From the NCBI GenBank assembly GCA_963773815.1, contig CAVZCI010000020.1:74900-138899 (forward strand): a stretch of 64,000 nt of DNA. Direction: 5' to 3'. The notes under the pieces are model-generated. The model was not told where the DNA came from. It saw nothing but the letters and a program-made list of their open reading frames with translations, and ran no database searches. Positions 42,069 to 49,776 of this stretch are shown here, piece after piece (within the stretch, counting starts at the first letter, position 1; the number at the start of each line of letters is the position of its first letter). The translations under genes and the position numbers were made by a program. Source of the stretch: an uncultured Acidobacteriota bacterium (GTDB lineage: Bacteria; Acidobacteriota; Thermoanaerobaculia; UBA5066; DATFVB01).

Positions 42069-42764
42069 TCACAAGATTGCCGAGCTTCGAAAACGGTCGG
42101 CGAGCGTTTTTCCCCCGCGCGAAAAGTCGGGGATCGTTCTGTAGGCCTCGATGCGCCGCTGGAGATCGGCGACGTCGCGGGCCGAAACGGCTCGTGCCCT
42201 CAGGCTCTCGAGGACGTGAAGATAGCCCGAAACGTCGTAGCCCGCCAGCGAGGCGAGCCGCGCCCCGCACGCGTCGAGGGCGGACTCCAGGGCCGGGTCC
42301 GTCTCTCCGGCCGCCTCCCGCAGCCCCCCTGGCTGCTGTTCGCGGCAGATCTCCCGCGACAGGGCGACCGCCAGATCGGCTTCCGAGGACATGACGAAAA
42401 GCATTCCTCTCGAAAGCACGACGAACCTCCCCGGCAACGACAGGGAGTAAGGCACGTCGGACTGGGTGACCGCAAACCGGTACCGAACGGAGCCGGGCGA
42501 GGCGCCGGCCGCCGTCCGGCCGACGAGATTCACGTAGCGCAGAAGACGCTCGTCGGGCGTCAGGGGGTCGCGGGCGAACAGGTTCGCCGCCATCCTCCGG
42601 CCCTCTTTTTCGGCGGCCGGATCGACGGCCGCGGAGGGAACAACCGCGGCAGAGCGAGCCGGCGGCGAGGGAGCGCGTCGCACCGGCCGCGGAGCCGGCG
42701 ACGCGCAAGAGGCCAGTGTCGCGAGAAGAATCGCCGCCCCGAGGCCGGCCAGAAATCTTCTCAC
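42069..42764 (-). CDS. Lipoprotein with a degenerate peptidase-M48-like core (HExxH replaced by SREICR)
   Basis: Tail of ORF 42069..43430 from GTG 42764 (GTGA overlap with the upstream stop). Lipobox LLATLASC. PYSLSLPGRFVVLSRGMLFVMSSEADLAVALSREICR resembles the M48 signature NAFALPGG-I-V--GLL------ELA-VLAHEIGH but lacks both His residues. Confidence 0.55.
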   Translation of the reverse strand: MRRFLAGLGAAILLATLASCASPAPRPVRRAPSPPARSAAVVPSAAVDPAAEKEGRRMAANLFARDPLTPDERLLRYVNLVGRTAAGASPGSVRYRFAVTQSDVPYSLSLPGRFVVLSRGMLFVMSSEADLAVALSREICREQQPGGLREAAGETDPALESALDACGARLASLAGYDVSGYLHVLESLRARAVSARDVADLQRRIEAYRTIPDFSRGGKTLADRFRSSAIL

Positions 42765-43393
42765 CGGGGAGCCGGTTGAAATCGTCCGACGGCGCCGGCC
42801 CGCTCGAATTCCGACTGCTCGGCCGGCGCGATGACGACGGAGAAGAGCCGGTCGACGGCGGCGAAATCGGGAGTCGGGACCGGGCCGGTCTTCCGATTGC
42901 CGGACGGTTCCGGCTCGACCTGCTTCGGCGGCTCGAAGTCGGCCGGACCAAACGTCGCCGGCGAGGTTTCCGAGCGGCGGAACTCGTAGCCCGAGCCGTC
43001 CGAGAGCACGAAATTCACGGCCGCCAGGCCCGTGGAATCGTAGCGGTACTCGATGCGCGCCGTGCGTTTTCCGACCGGGACGTTCATCATCAGGACCGGC
43101 CGGCCGAGACTGTCGGTCCGGACGTCGCCCTGCGGGGCGAGAGGAGCCATGAACGCGACGGCTCCGGCCGCGTCCTCGGGCAGATCGCCGTCGGAGTACC
43201 ACTGCTTGCCATCGAACACGAGAGTCTGGCGAAACGCTTCGAGACGAAGCTTGCCGCCGAGCGACTTCACGACCACGTTCTCCCGCGGCCTCCCCGCGAA
43301 ATCCCGCGAGCGATACACGAGGAGCGTCGGCGAGGCGGGGTAGATTCCAAAGCTCGTGAGGAAGAGCGCGCCGAGGAGAGAAAGGAACCCCAT
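42761..43393 (-). CDS. Hypothetical secreted protein
   Basis: ORF 42761..43393, 210 aa, with an N-terminal hydrophobic signal (MGFLSLLGALFLTSFG). No motif recognised. Translationally coupled to the downstream lipoprotein. Confidence 0.5.
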   Translation of the reverse strand: MGFLSLLGALFLTSFGIYPASPTLLVYRSRDFAGRPRENVVVKSLGGKLRLEAFRQTLVFDGKQWYSDGDLPEDAAGAVAFMAPLAPQGDVRTDSLGRPVLMMNVPVGKRTARIEYRYDSTGLAAVNFVLSDGSGYEFRRSETSPATFGPADFEPPKQVEPEPSGNRKTGPVPTPDFAAVDRLFSVVIAPAEQSEFERAGAVGRFQPAPR

Positions 43394-43429
43394 TCCCCGC
43401 AGAATAGCAAAGGGCGTCTGCTAAACTCA

Positions 43430-44326
43430 ATGCTCTTGAGAAACGCTCTCGAATCCACCCACCTGGCCGGGCTCGCTCCCGCGCGGCGCGGCAAAGTCCG
43501 CGACGTCTACGATCTCGGTGACACGCTCTTGATCGTGTCGACCGACCGCGTCTCGGCCTTCGACGTCGTGCTCTCTCCCGGAATCCCCGACAAGGGAAAG
43601 ATCCTGAATCAACTTTCGAACTTCTGGTTCCGCGCGTTTCCCGACGTCAACAATCACCTGATCGAAACCGACGCGGGAGAATTCCCCCCCGCGCTCGCCC
43701 CGCACCGCGAAGCGCTCGAGGGCCGGGCCGTCGTCGTGAAAAAATGCGCGGTCGTCCCCTTCGAATGCGTCGCGCGCGGTTATCTCGCGGGCTCGGGCTA
43801 CAAAGACTACCTCCGCACGGGTTCGGTGTGCGGAATTCCGCTTCCCCCCGGCCTGCGCGAAGCGGATCGCCTCCCCGAGCCGATCTTCACGCCGGCCACG
43901 AAAGCAGAGACGGGACACGACGAGAACGTGTCTTTCGAGGTCCTCGCGAATGCGTTGGGCCGGAGTCGCGCCGCCGAGCTCCGGGACAGGACCCTCTCGC
44001 TGTACGCGAGAGTCCGCTCCGCCTGCGAGGCGAAGGGAATCCTCCTCGCGGATTCGAAGATCGAGTTCGGGGAGATCGACGGGCGGCTCGTCTGGATCGA
44101 CGAGGCGTTCACTCCCGATTCTTCGCGATTCTGGCCCGCGGAGTCTTACCGGCCGGGAAGCTCGCCCCCTTCGCTCGACAAGCAGTTCATCCGGGACTGG
44201 CTCGAAGCGAGCGGATGGAACAAGACGCCGCCCGCGCCCGCGCTCCCGCCGGACGTCGTCGAAGGTACGCGAGAAAGATATTTCTCGGCGTTCCGGAAAA
44301 TTACGGGACGCGAACCGGAAGTCTGA
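43430..44326 (+). CDS. purC: Phosphoribosylaminoimidazole-succinocarboxamide (SAICAR) synthase
   Basis: Tail of ORF 42716..44326 from ATG 43430: ...GKVRDVYDLGDTLLIVSTDRVSAFDVVL...GSGYKDY...LADSKIEFG...DEAFTPDSSRFW. Confidence 0.92.
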   Translation: MLLRNALESTHLAGLAPARRGKVRDVYDLGDTLLIVSTDRVSAFDVVLSPGIPDKGKILNQLSNFWFRAFPDVNNHLIETDAGEFPPALAPHREALEGRAVVVKKCAVVPFECVARGYLAGSGYKDYLRTGSVCGIPLPPGLREADRLPEPIFTPATKAETGHDENVSFEVLANALGRSRAAELRDRTLSLYARVRSACEAKGILLADSKIEFGEIDGRLVWIDEAFTPDSSRFWPAESYRPGSSPPSLDKQFIRDWLEASGWNKTPPAPALPPDVVEGTRERYFSAFRKITGREPEV

Positions 44327-44338
44327 AGCTTCGCGCGT

Positions 44339-44602
44339 CTACCGATAGGCGTCTTTGCGGTCTGCGACGCGCACCACGAGAACTGTACGGTCGGAGTCCG
44401 ATATCGAGTACACAGCGCGATATCGCCCGATGCGGATGCGATAGCGATCGCGTTGCCCGGCCAGCTTTTCGCAGCCCACGGGGCGGGGATCGTCGCTCAG
44501 AGCGAGGATGTCTGCCACGATGCGCTGCCGGTCCCCTTTGTCGTCAACCGTCTCGATCTCCCGGGAGGCAGACGGCTTGATGAGGACCTTATAGCTTTCC
44601 AC
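44339..44602 (-). CDS. Type II toxin, RelE/ParE family
   Basis: ORF 44339..44602, 87 aa, with ...YRIRIGRYRAVYSISDSDRTVLVVRVADRKDAY typical of the RelE/ParE fold. Overlaps the upstream antitoxin by 14 nt. Confidence 0.8.
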   Translation of the reverse strand: MESYKVLIKPSASREIETVDDKGDRQRIVADILALSDDPRPVGCEKLAGQRDRYRIRIGRYRAVYSISDSDRTVLVVRVADRKDAYR

Positions 44603-44819
44603 GCCGCTTGAGGGCCTTCACGAACTGCTCGAAGTCGAGATTCGGCTCCCGCCTGCGCGTCTCGAACGCCTCCAGGTCCTCGGCATCCTCGGAGAGGGTC
44701 AGCTTGACCGCATCATTGACCATTTCCGAGATCGACCTGTCGGATGCCGCCGCCCTCAGGCGCAGCGCGCGGTGGATCTCGGGCTCGAAGTACACCGTGG
44801 CGCGCTTGGGGTGACTCAT
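44589..44819 (-). CDS. Type II antitoxin, ribbon-helix-helix (CopG-like)
   Basis: ORF 44589..44819, 76 aa. KRATVYFEPEIHRALRLRAAASDRSISEMVNDAVKLTL fits the RHH pattern. Sits upstream of and overlaps the toxin. Confidence 0.75.
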   Translation of the reverse strand: MSHPKRATVYFEPEIHRALRLRAAASDRSISEMVNDAVKLTLSEDAEDLEAFETRRREPNLDFEQFVKALKRRGKL

Positions 44820-44825
44820 GGCGAC

Positions 44826-44854
44826 AATTTAGCGCTTTGACGCTATGACGTCAA
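44826..44854 (-). promoter_or_regulatory. Toxin-antitoxin promoter with an embedded operator-like palindrome
   Basis: The minus strand reads TTGACG (44854..44849), 17 nt, then TAAATT (44831..44826), with the ATG only ~7 nt downstream. The -35 is one arm of the perfect palindrome TTGACG-N6-CGTCAA (44837..44854). Confidence 0.55.
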
Positions 44855-45048
44855 GACTCCTGAAGCCCCCGTTCGCGCCTCACCTCGTAACGAAGCCCCA
44901 CCATGCCGCTTGAATAGGACTTGTCCGACGTCTCCATCCAGTCGACGCTTCCGTGTTTTCGGGCGATGAAGCCGTCGAGGCTCGCCGCCATGTGGATCGT
45001 GACGCGGGAGTCAGCGGTTGGCATGCGACGTGGGCCCTCCTGACGCAT
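44851..45048 (-). pseudogene. Remnant of a RibD_C/dihydrofolate-reductase-like gene (N-terminal ~35 aa only)
   Basis: ORF 44851..45048. VTIHMAASLDGFIARKHGSVDWM matches the N-terminal signature of this family; the rest is unrelated and the ORF ends after 65 aa. Confidence 0.4.
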
Positions 45049-45193
45049 TGCACGTCAGCGGCGATCGTCGGGTAAAGCCGAAGAACGGAGTACTCATGGG
45101 CCGAACACCCGGGATCACCTGCGAAGGCCGCGGTTTTCGTTGCCATCGCGGACTTCGTCAGCTGCATCCCGTTGTTCGACGGCGTGCTGAGAT

Positions 45194-46162
45194 CTACCTC
45201 GCGATCATCCCGATCGTACCGAGCCACGTCTCCACGAGCTGAGGCCATCCCGTAATGGCAGAGTCCGTGCGCCGCAGGCCAAACGCATGCCCGCCCCTCG
45301 GATACAGGTGCATCTCGGCGGGAACCCCGGCGTTCTTCAGCGCGATGTAGTAGACGAGGGAGTGATTGACGCTATCGACGGGGTCATCCTCGGCCTGCAG
45401 CAGGAATGTCGGCGGCGTCTCCTGGGTCACAGGAACATCCGGATTCAACTCGAACTTCTCCTCGTTAACCCACAGATGCCCGGGATAGAGAGCGACCGCA
45501 AAATCCGGGCGGCAGCTTTCCTTGTCAGCCGCATCCACGGGCGGGTATAGACGCTGTCTGAAGTGCGTGCTGATGGCGGCCGATAGATGCCCGCCTGCGG
45601 AGAACCCGAGCACTCCGATCTTGTGCGGATCGATATGCCACTCTGACGCGTGGAAGCGAACCAACCCTACCGTGCGCTGCGCGTCTTCGAGCGCTGTCTG
45701 CGCTTTCGGAGTGACGTGGCATTTGCAGGCGTCATCCCAGTGGTGCCCCGAGCGTGGCACGCGGTACTTCAGCAGCACGCACGTGATCCCTCTCGACGTC
45801 AGCCAGTCACAGACTTCCGTGCCTTCGAGGTCGATGGCCAGGACCTGATAGCCCCCGCCGGGGAACACGACGACCGCAGCGCCCGTGTTGCTTCCCCCTG
45901 GCGAATAGACGGTCATGGTGGGTTGCGAGACTCTCTCGACATAGACCCACGGCCTGCCGGCAACCAGCTTCCCGCCCGTGCCGACGACCTCGGGTCCCTC
46001 CGCTGGCTGCGCGCCAGGGACCACACCCGGCCATATCGGCACTTGCGTGTGGCCGGGGGACGGCTGCCAGCCGGTCTCCGCAGCGCAGACGGCGCTACAC
46101 AAGAACAGCAAAGAGAGAATCACGCTCGCCCCTTCGCCACGTCGCATCATGTTATGCAGCAC
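45194..46162 (-). CDS. Secreted alpha/beta-hydrolase (esterase/lipase-like)
   Basis: ORF 45194..46162, 322 aa, with a signal peptide, VVVFPGGGY (oxyanion region), the nucleophile elbow GFSAGGH, and late Asp/His (EDDPVD ... GGHAF). Confidence 0.8.
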   Translation of the reverse strand: MLHNMMRRGEGASVILSLLFLCSAVCAAETGWQPSPGHTQVPIWPGVVPGAQPAEGPEVVGTGGKLVAGRPWVYVERVSQPTMTVYSPGGSNTGAAVVVFPGGGYQVLAIDLEGTEVCDWLTSRGITCVLLKYRVPRSGHHWDDACKCHVTPKAQTALEDAQRTVGLVRFHASEWHIDPHKIGVLGFSAGGHLSAAISTHFRQRLYPPVDAADKESCRPDFAVALYPGHLWVNEEKFELNPDVPVTQETPPTFLLQAEDDPVDSVNHSLVYYIALKNAGVPAEMHLYPRGGHAFGLRRTDSAITGWPQLVETWLGTIGMIAR

Positions 46163-46394
46163 CTTCCATCGCGACGATCACCGAACGCGATGACAGCTTG
46201 CCTCTTCACTGCTGCGATGCCCTTCACGCCATCTCGCGTCACGACCCGAAGGCTGTGCGCTCCCCCTGGTCCTTGTTCCTTTTCGCCCAGCTTGGACCCG
46301 TTCACGTCCATTGCTGCTTCGGCTGCATAACGACCCGGCGTCAGCGGCGAGGCCGCGGGCCGAAGCCCGCTGGAAGCCGATGTTGGGCGAATGA

Positions 46395-46850
46395 TCACTT
46401 GCTGCTGGCATCGTAGGGCACGTTGACAAAGTTACAAGTGAACCACGGGCCGTGAGGTCCCATCGTGGTTTCGACCGCACCGGTCAATTCGAAATCGCCA
46501 CCCCCACCGATAACGAGCGTCTTGAAGTGGATGACCGGCGCACGCGAACCCTCAGCAGGCTGTAGCCTCAGGCCGCTCGGACGACCTTCGAGGCGGCAGC
46601 TGGTCGCGACACTGGCTGAAGCAACATCGATGACCGAGGCGACCGTTGACGCGCACCGAATGCATTGGCCCTCGCCCTCGCCAAGAAGGACGACGAGAAA
46701 GTTGTGACCTGGGATTCCAAGGTCCGATGCCATTGCTTCCTGCAGGTCAAGTGAGTAGAAGGTGCGGCGGTCGCCCCCGGAACCGCCACGCGCGGCCAAT
46801 TCCATCGCGTGTCGCTTCCTTTCCTTGTAGTCAGGGACGACCAACATCAA
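46395..46850 (-). CDS. Hypothetical protein (151 aa), no recognisable motif
   Basis: ORF 46395..46850. Lower-GC islet. The start overlaps the stop of the preceding small ORF by 4 nt. It may be the C-terminal part of one secreted protein split by an indel. Confidence 0.45.
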   Translation of the reverse strand: MMLVVPDYKERKRHAMELAARGGSGGDRRTFYSLDLQEAMASDLGIPGHNFLVVLLGEGEGQCIRCASTVASVIDVASASVATSCRLEGRPSGLRLQPAEGSRAPVIHFKTLVIGGGGDFELTGAVETTMGPHGPWFTCNFVNVPYDASSK

Positions 46851-47044
46851 GATCTTTGAGTTGGAGAGGCCCGCGTTCCGCGCACAACGGTTTCAGCTGG
46901 CGATTCAGCCGCCACAGGCGCAGCGAAGATCGCGACAAGTACGACCGTCACCGCCACCGCCTTCAGATATTCGCCCAACATGTAATTAGGCGTACCAATC
47001 AATCCCGCAAAACACGAACAGTTCAGCGGCTTTTGTCGCGTCAT
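46847..47044 (-). CDS. Small ORF encoding a signal-peptide-like segment (65 aa)
   Basis: ORF 46847..47044. The internal MLGEYLKAVAVTVVLVAIFAAPVAA-ESP looks like a Sec signal with an AxA cleavage site. Only ~20 aa follow before the stop. Confidence 0.35.
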   Translation of the reverse strand: MTRQKPLNCSCFAGLIGTPNYMLGEYLKAVAVTVVLVAIFAAPVAAESPAETVVRGTRASPTQRS

Positions 47045-47285
47045 GGCAACTCCATTCTAAAACTAAAGATCTGATCCCTCTCGATCATCAAGGCCCGCGC
47101 CTTCCGGGCTTTTCGGAGGGTGCGTTCGTCTAACTCGATCTTCACGGCTCCGCCAAAATGGCATCTGCCGGGCTCGTCACGCCCATCACGCCCCCGCGGT
47201 TCACCGCATCCCATCCTCTTTCCTTTCCCATCGCGGGAATTGGAAAACGGGACAGGTCGCCAGGGGTTCGCCTCGACCCGGGCTC

Positions 47286-47445
47286 CCTCACCCGGCCGTC
47301 TTCGACGGCCGGCCTCTCCCGCGGGGAGAGGCGAGTGCTCCCCCTCCTTGCACTGCGGGGAGGGGTGGCCACGCCGAAGCCAGAGCGGAGGCGGGCCGGG
47401 GTGGGGATTACCCGGGCAGATTGCTTCGCTTCGCTCGCAATGACG
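47286..47445. repeat. Cluster of GC-rich hairpins / REP-like elements
   Basis: CTCACCC + CCGGCCGTC-TTC-GACGGCCGG (47292..47312), CCTCTCCC-GCG-GGGAGAGG (47313..47331), CTCCCCCTCC...GGGGAGGGGTG (~47338..47366), then gcttcgcttcgctcgcaatgac (~47424..47445). Intergenic, between the islet and lipA. Confidence 0.55.
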
Positions 47446-47505
47446 GGGTTCGCCAAGAACCGCGTGGGCGGTGGGTGAGGTCGCTCCTCGTCTTATACTC
47501 GCGCT

Positions 47506-48399
47506 GTGAGCAGTCTCCCCGTCCTCCCCGCGCGCCCGACGCGGCTCGAGCGCCCCGAGTGGCTGAAGGTCCGGCTCTCGGCGAGCGGGGAGTTCGACGA
47601 GGTCAACTCCATGATGCGGCGGCTCAATCTCGTCACGGTCTGCGAGGAAGCCCGCTGCCCGAACATCCACGAGTGCTGGGCCCGGGAGCGGACCGCCACG
47701 TTCATGCTGCTCGGCGACGTGTGCACGCGGCATTGCGGCTTCTGCGCCGTCGGCAAGGGGACGCCGGGCGAGATCGACCCGGACGAGCCGCGCCGCGTCG
47801 GCGAGGCGGTCGCGGAGCTCGGCCTGAAACACGCGGTCGTGACCTCGGTGAACCGCGACGACCTCAAAGACGGAGGAGCCGAGCAGTTCGCCCGGACGAT
47901 CCGCGAGATCCGGCGGCAGAGCCCGGGGTGCGCCGTCGAGGTGCTGATCCCCGATTTTTGCGGCGACTGGGACGCCCTTCAAATCGTGCTCGACGAGCAG
48001 CCGGAAGTCCTGAATCACAACACGGAGACGGTTCCCCGGCTTTATCGCCGCGTTCGCCCCGACGCGATCTACGAGCGCTCGCTCGAGCTGATCGCGCGGG
48101 CGGACCAGTTCCGAAAGTCGGGAGCGAAGATCCGCACGAAGTCCGGGCTCATGGCGGGGCTCGGCGAGACTTCCGAGGAGATCCTCGCGACGCTCGCAGA
48201 TCTGAAGTCGCGCGGATGCGACATCGCGACCGTCGGGCAGTACCTGCAGCCCTACGAGAAGCGGCTGCCGGTCGAGAAGTACTACACGCCGCGGGAATTC
48301 GCGGAGATCAAGTCCCGCGCGCAGGCGCTCGGCTTTTCCCACGTCGAGGCCGGGCCGCTCGTTCGTTCTTCCTATCACGCTCGACACGCCGCTCTCTGA
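47506..48399 (+). CDS. lipA: Lipoyl synthase
   Basis: ORF 47506..48399 (GTG start) with CEEARCPNIHEC and the radical-SAM CTRHCGFC clusters, ...SGLMAGLGET... Confidence 0.93.
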   Translation: MSSLPVLPARPTRLERPEWLKVRLSASGEFDEVNSMMRRLNLVTVCEEARCPNIHECWARERTATFMLLGDVCTRHCGFCAVGKGTPGEIDPDEPRRVGEAVAELGLKHAVVTSVNRDDLKDGGAEQFARTIREIRRQSPGCAVEVLIPDFCGDWDALQIVLDEQPEVLNHNTETVPRLYRRVRPDAIYERSLELIARADQFRKSGAKIRTKSGLMAGLGETSEEILATLADLKSRGCDIATVGQYLQPYEKRLPVEKYYTPREFAEIKSRAQALGFSHVEAGPLVRSSYHARHAAL

Positions 48400-48425
48400 T
48401 CAACGAATCGAAATATGGAGGCCGA

Positions 48426-49165
48426 TTGAAACTCTCGAAAACTCTCCCGCTCCTGGCCGCCCTGGCGATCTCTTCGATCGCTTCCGCGACGGTGCGCACT
48501 CCCGCGAAGGCAAAGCTCGTCCCGGGCGCGCCCTACCCCCCGAAGCGAGGAAAAAGAACGTCGAAGGCAACGTCGTCCTGACCGGGGAAATCACAACCGA
48601 AGGGAAGGTCGCCGGCCTGAAGGTGCTCGCGTCGTCTTCGCCTCTTCTCAGCCAGACCGCTCTCGCTTACGTCTCGCGCTGGAGTTTCGGCGCCGCGGCG
48701 GAAGATGGAAAACCCGTCGCGATCTCCCTGAACACGGTCGTCCGATTCCGCAAGGACAAAAGCAAGGCGAACGCCGCCGGCTCCCTGCCCGCGCCGATGG
48801 TCGGCAACCTCGCGCTTTATCCCGTTCCCCGCAAGGGAGACGCGAACCCCGCGACCGAGGGGTTCCCGGTCGAAAGCGACGACCAGGGAATCCGCGGCGT
48901 CCTCGACCTGGATCTGCCGGGAACGTTTTCTCCGAAGATCTACACGATCGACGTCGTGGACGTGGGGCCCGCGGGAAAGACGACCCTTCTCCTCCAGAAA
49001 GCCGTGAAAGCCAGCGGCCCCGCGACATCGACCCACACGACCTCGTTCTTCCGCGCGATCGCCGCCGGCGACAGGTCCGAAAAGGGACTGCATACCGTCC
49101 GCGTGAGCGTGGACGGGGCCAATGCGGGAGGAGCCCAGTACCGGGTCGGGTCGAAGAAGAGTTGA
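48426..49165 (+). pseudogene. Secreted TonB_C-domain protein with an extra C-terminal domain; one frameshift as sequenced
   Basis: TTG 48426 with GGAGG 5 nt upstream. Signal peptide LKLSKTLPLLAALAISSIASA. After APYPP the sequence EARKKNVEGNVVLTGEITTEGKVAGLKVLASSSPLLSQTALAYVSRWSFGAAAEDGKPV (TonB C-terminal pattern) runs in the ORF 48623..49165 frame. The break is at a C6 run, 48536..48541. Confidence 0.65.
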
Positions 49166-49776
49166 TTCCGTTTCGGCCCGGGCCCGGCCGGGCGGTTCTC
49201 TTCGACATGGACGGCGTGCTCGTTTTTTCGACCTCGGCCTGGTTCGGGGTGTACAACGACACGCTCGCGCATTTCGGCCATCCGCGGATTTCGCGCGAGG
49301 AATTCCTGGAGATTTTCGGCAACGGCACCGAGGCCGACCGCGCGAAATACATGCCGGAGCGCTCCGCCGCGGAAATCGACGGGGCCTACCGCCGCTTCTT
49401 CGAGGGACGCCTCGCCGACATCACGGTCAACCCCGCCGCCGATTCGACGCTTCGCGCGCTCGCGCGAGCCGGCGCGAAGACCGCGCTCGCGACGAACACG
49501 AACCGGAAGCTCGCGGATTCGATCCTCGGACGGCTCGGTCTTTCGAATCTCCTCGACGAAATCGCGTGCGCCGACGAAGCGGGAGCGGGAAAACCCGATC
49601 CCGCCGTCGTGCGGCTCGCGGCGAAGCGGCTCGGCGTGTCGCTCGACCGTTGCGTCTTCGTGGGGGATTCGATCTACGACGCGGAAGCGGCCCGCGCGGC
49701 GCCCGTGGACTTCATCGGTTTCCGCTACGGAGAGCATCCTCGCCGGATCGAGGAGCTTTCCGAAATCTGCGGTTGA
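49162..49776 (+). CDS. HAD-superfamily hydrolase (phosphoglycolate-phosphatase-like)
   Basis: ORF 49162..49776 (TTG, TTGA overlap) with motif I LFDMDGVLV, ...LATNTNR..., and GAGKPDP...FVGDSIYD. Confidence 0.8.
   Translation: MIPFRPGPGRAVLFDMDGVLVFSTSAWFGVYNDTLAHFGHPRISREEFLEIFGNGTEADRAKYMPERSAAEIDGAYRRFFEGRLADITVNPAADSTLRALARAGAKTALATNTNRKLADSILGRLGLSNLLDEIACADEAGAGKPDPAVVRLAAKRLGVSLDRCVFVGDSIYDAEAARAAPVDFIGFRYGEHPRRIEELSEICG

Noticed and set aside
47041-47145. Annotating the 34-codon VKIELDERTLRKARKA... ORF as a VapB antitoxin gene.
   Set aside because: The resemblance is limited to about 10 N-terminal residues. The ORF is far shorter than real VapB proteins and no PIN toxin follows. It is mentioned only inside a finding, as a possible remnant.
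44327-47150. Calling the low-GC islet a mobile element, genomic island or prophage remnant.
   Set aside because: No integrase, transposase, phage genes, direct or inverted terminal repeats, or tRNA attachment site were visible. Only the composition shift and accessory content support it, so it is reported as a finding rather than annotated as a mobile element.
47142-47456. ORF MANPVIASEAKQSARVIPTP...LSPRERPAVEDGRV... (104 aa) as a protein-coding gene.
   Set aside because: The whole ORF is built from stacked GC-rich hairpin repeats and a cgcttcgctcgcaatgac-type motif. Such repeats routinely generate spurious hypothetical proteins.
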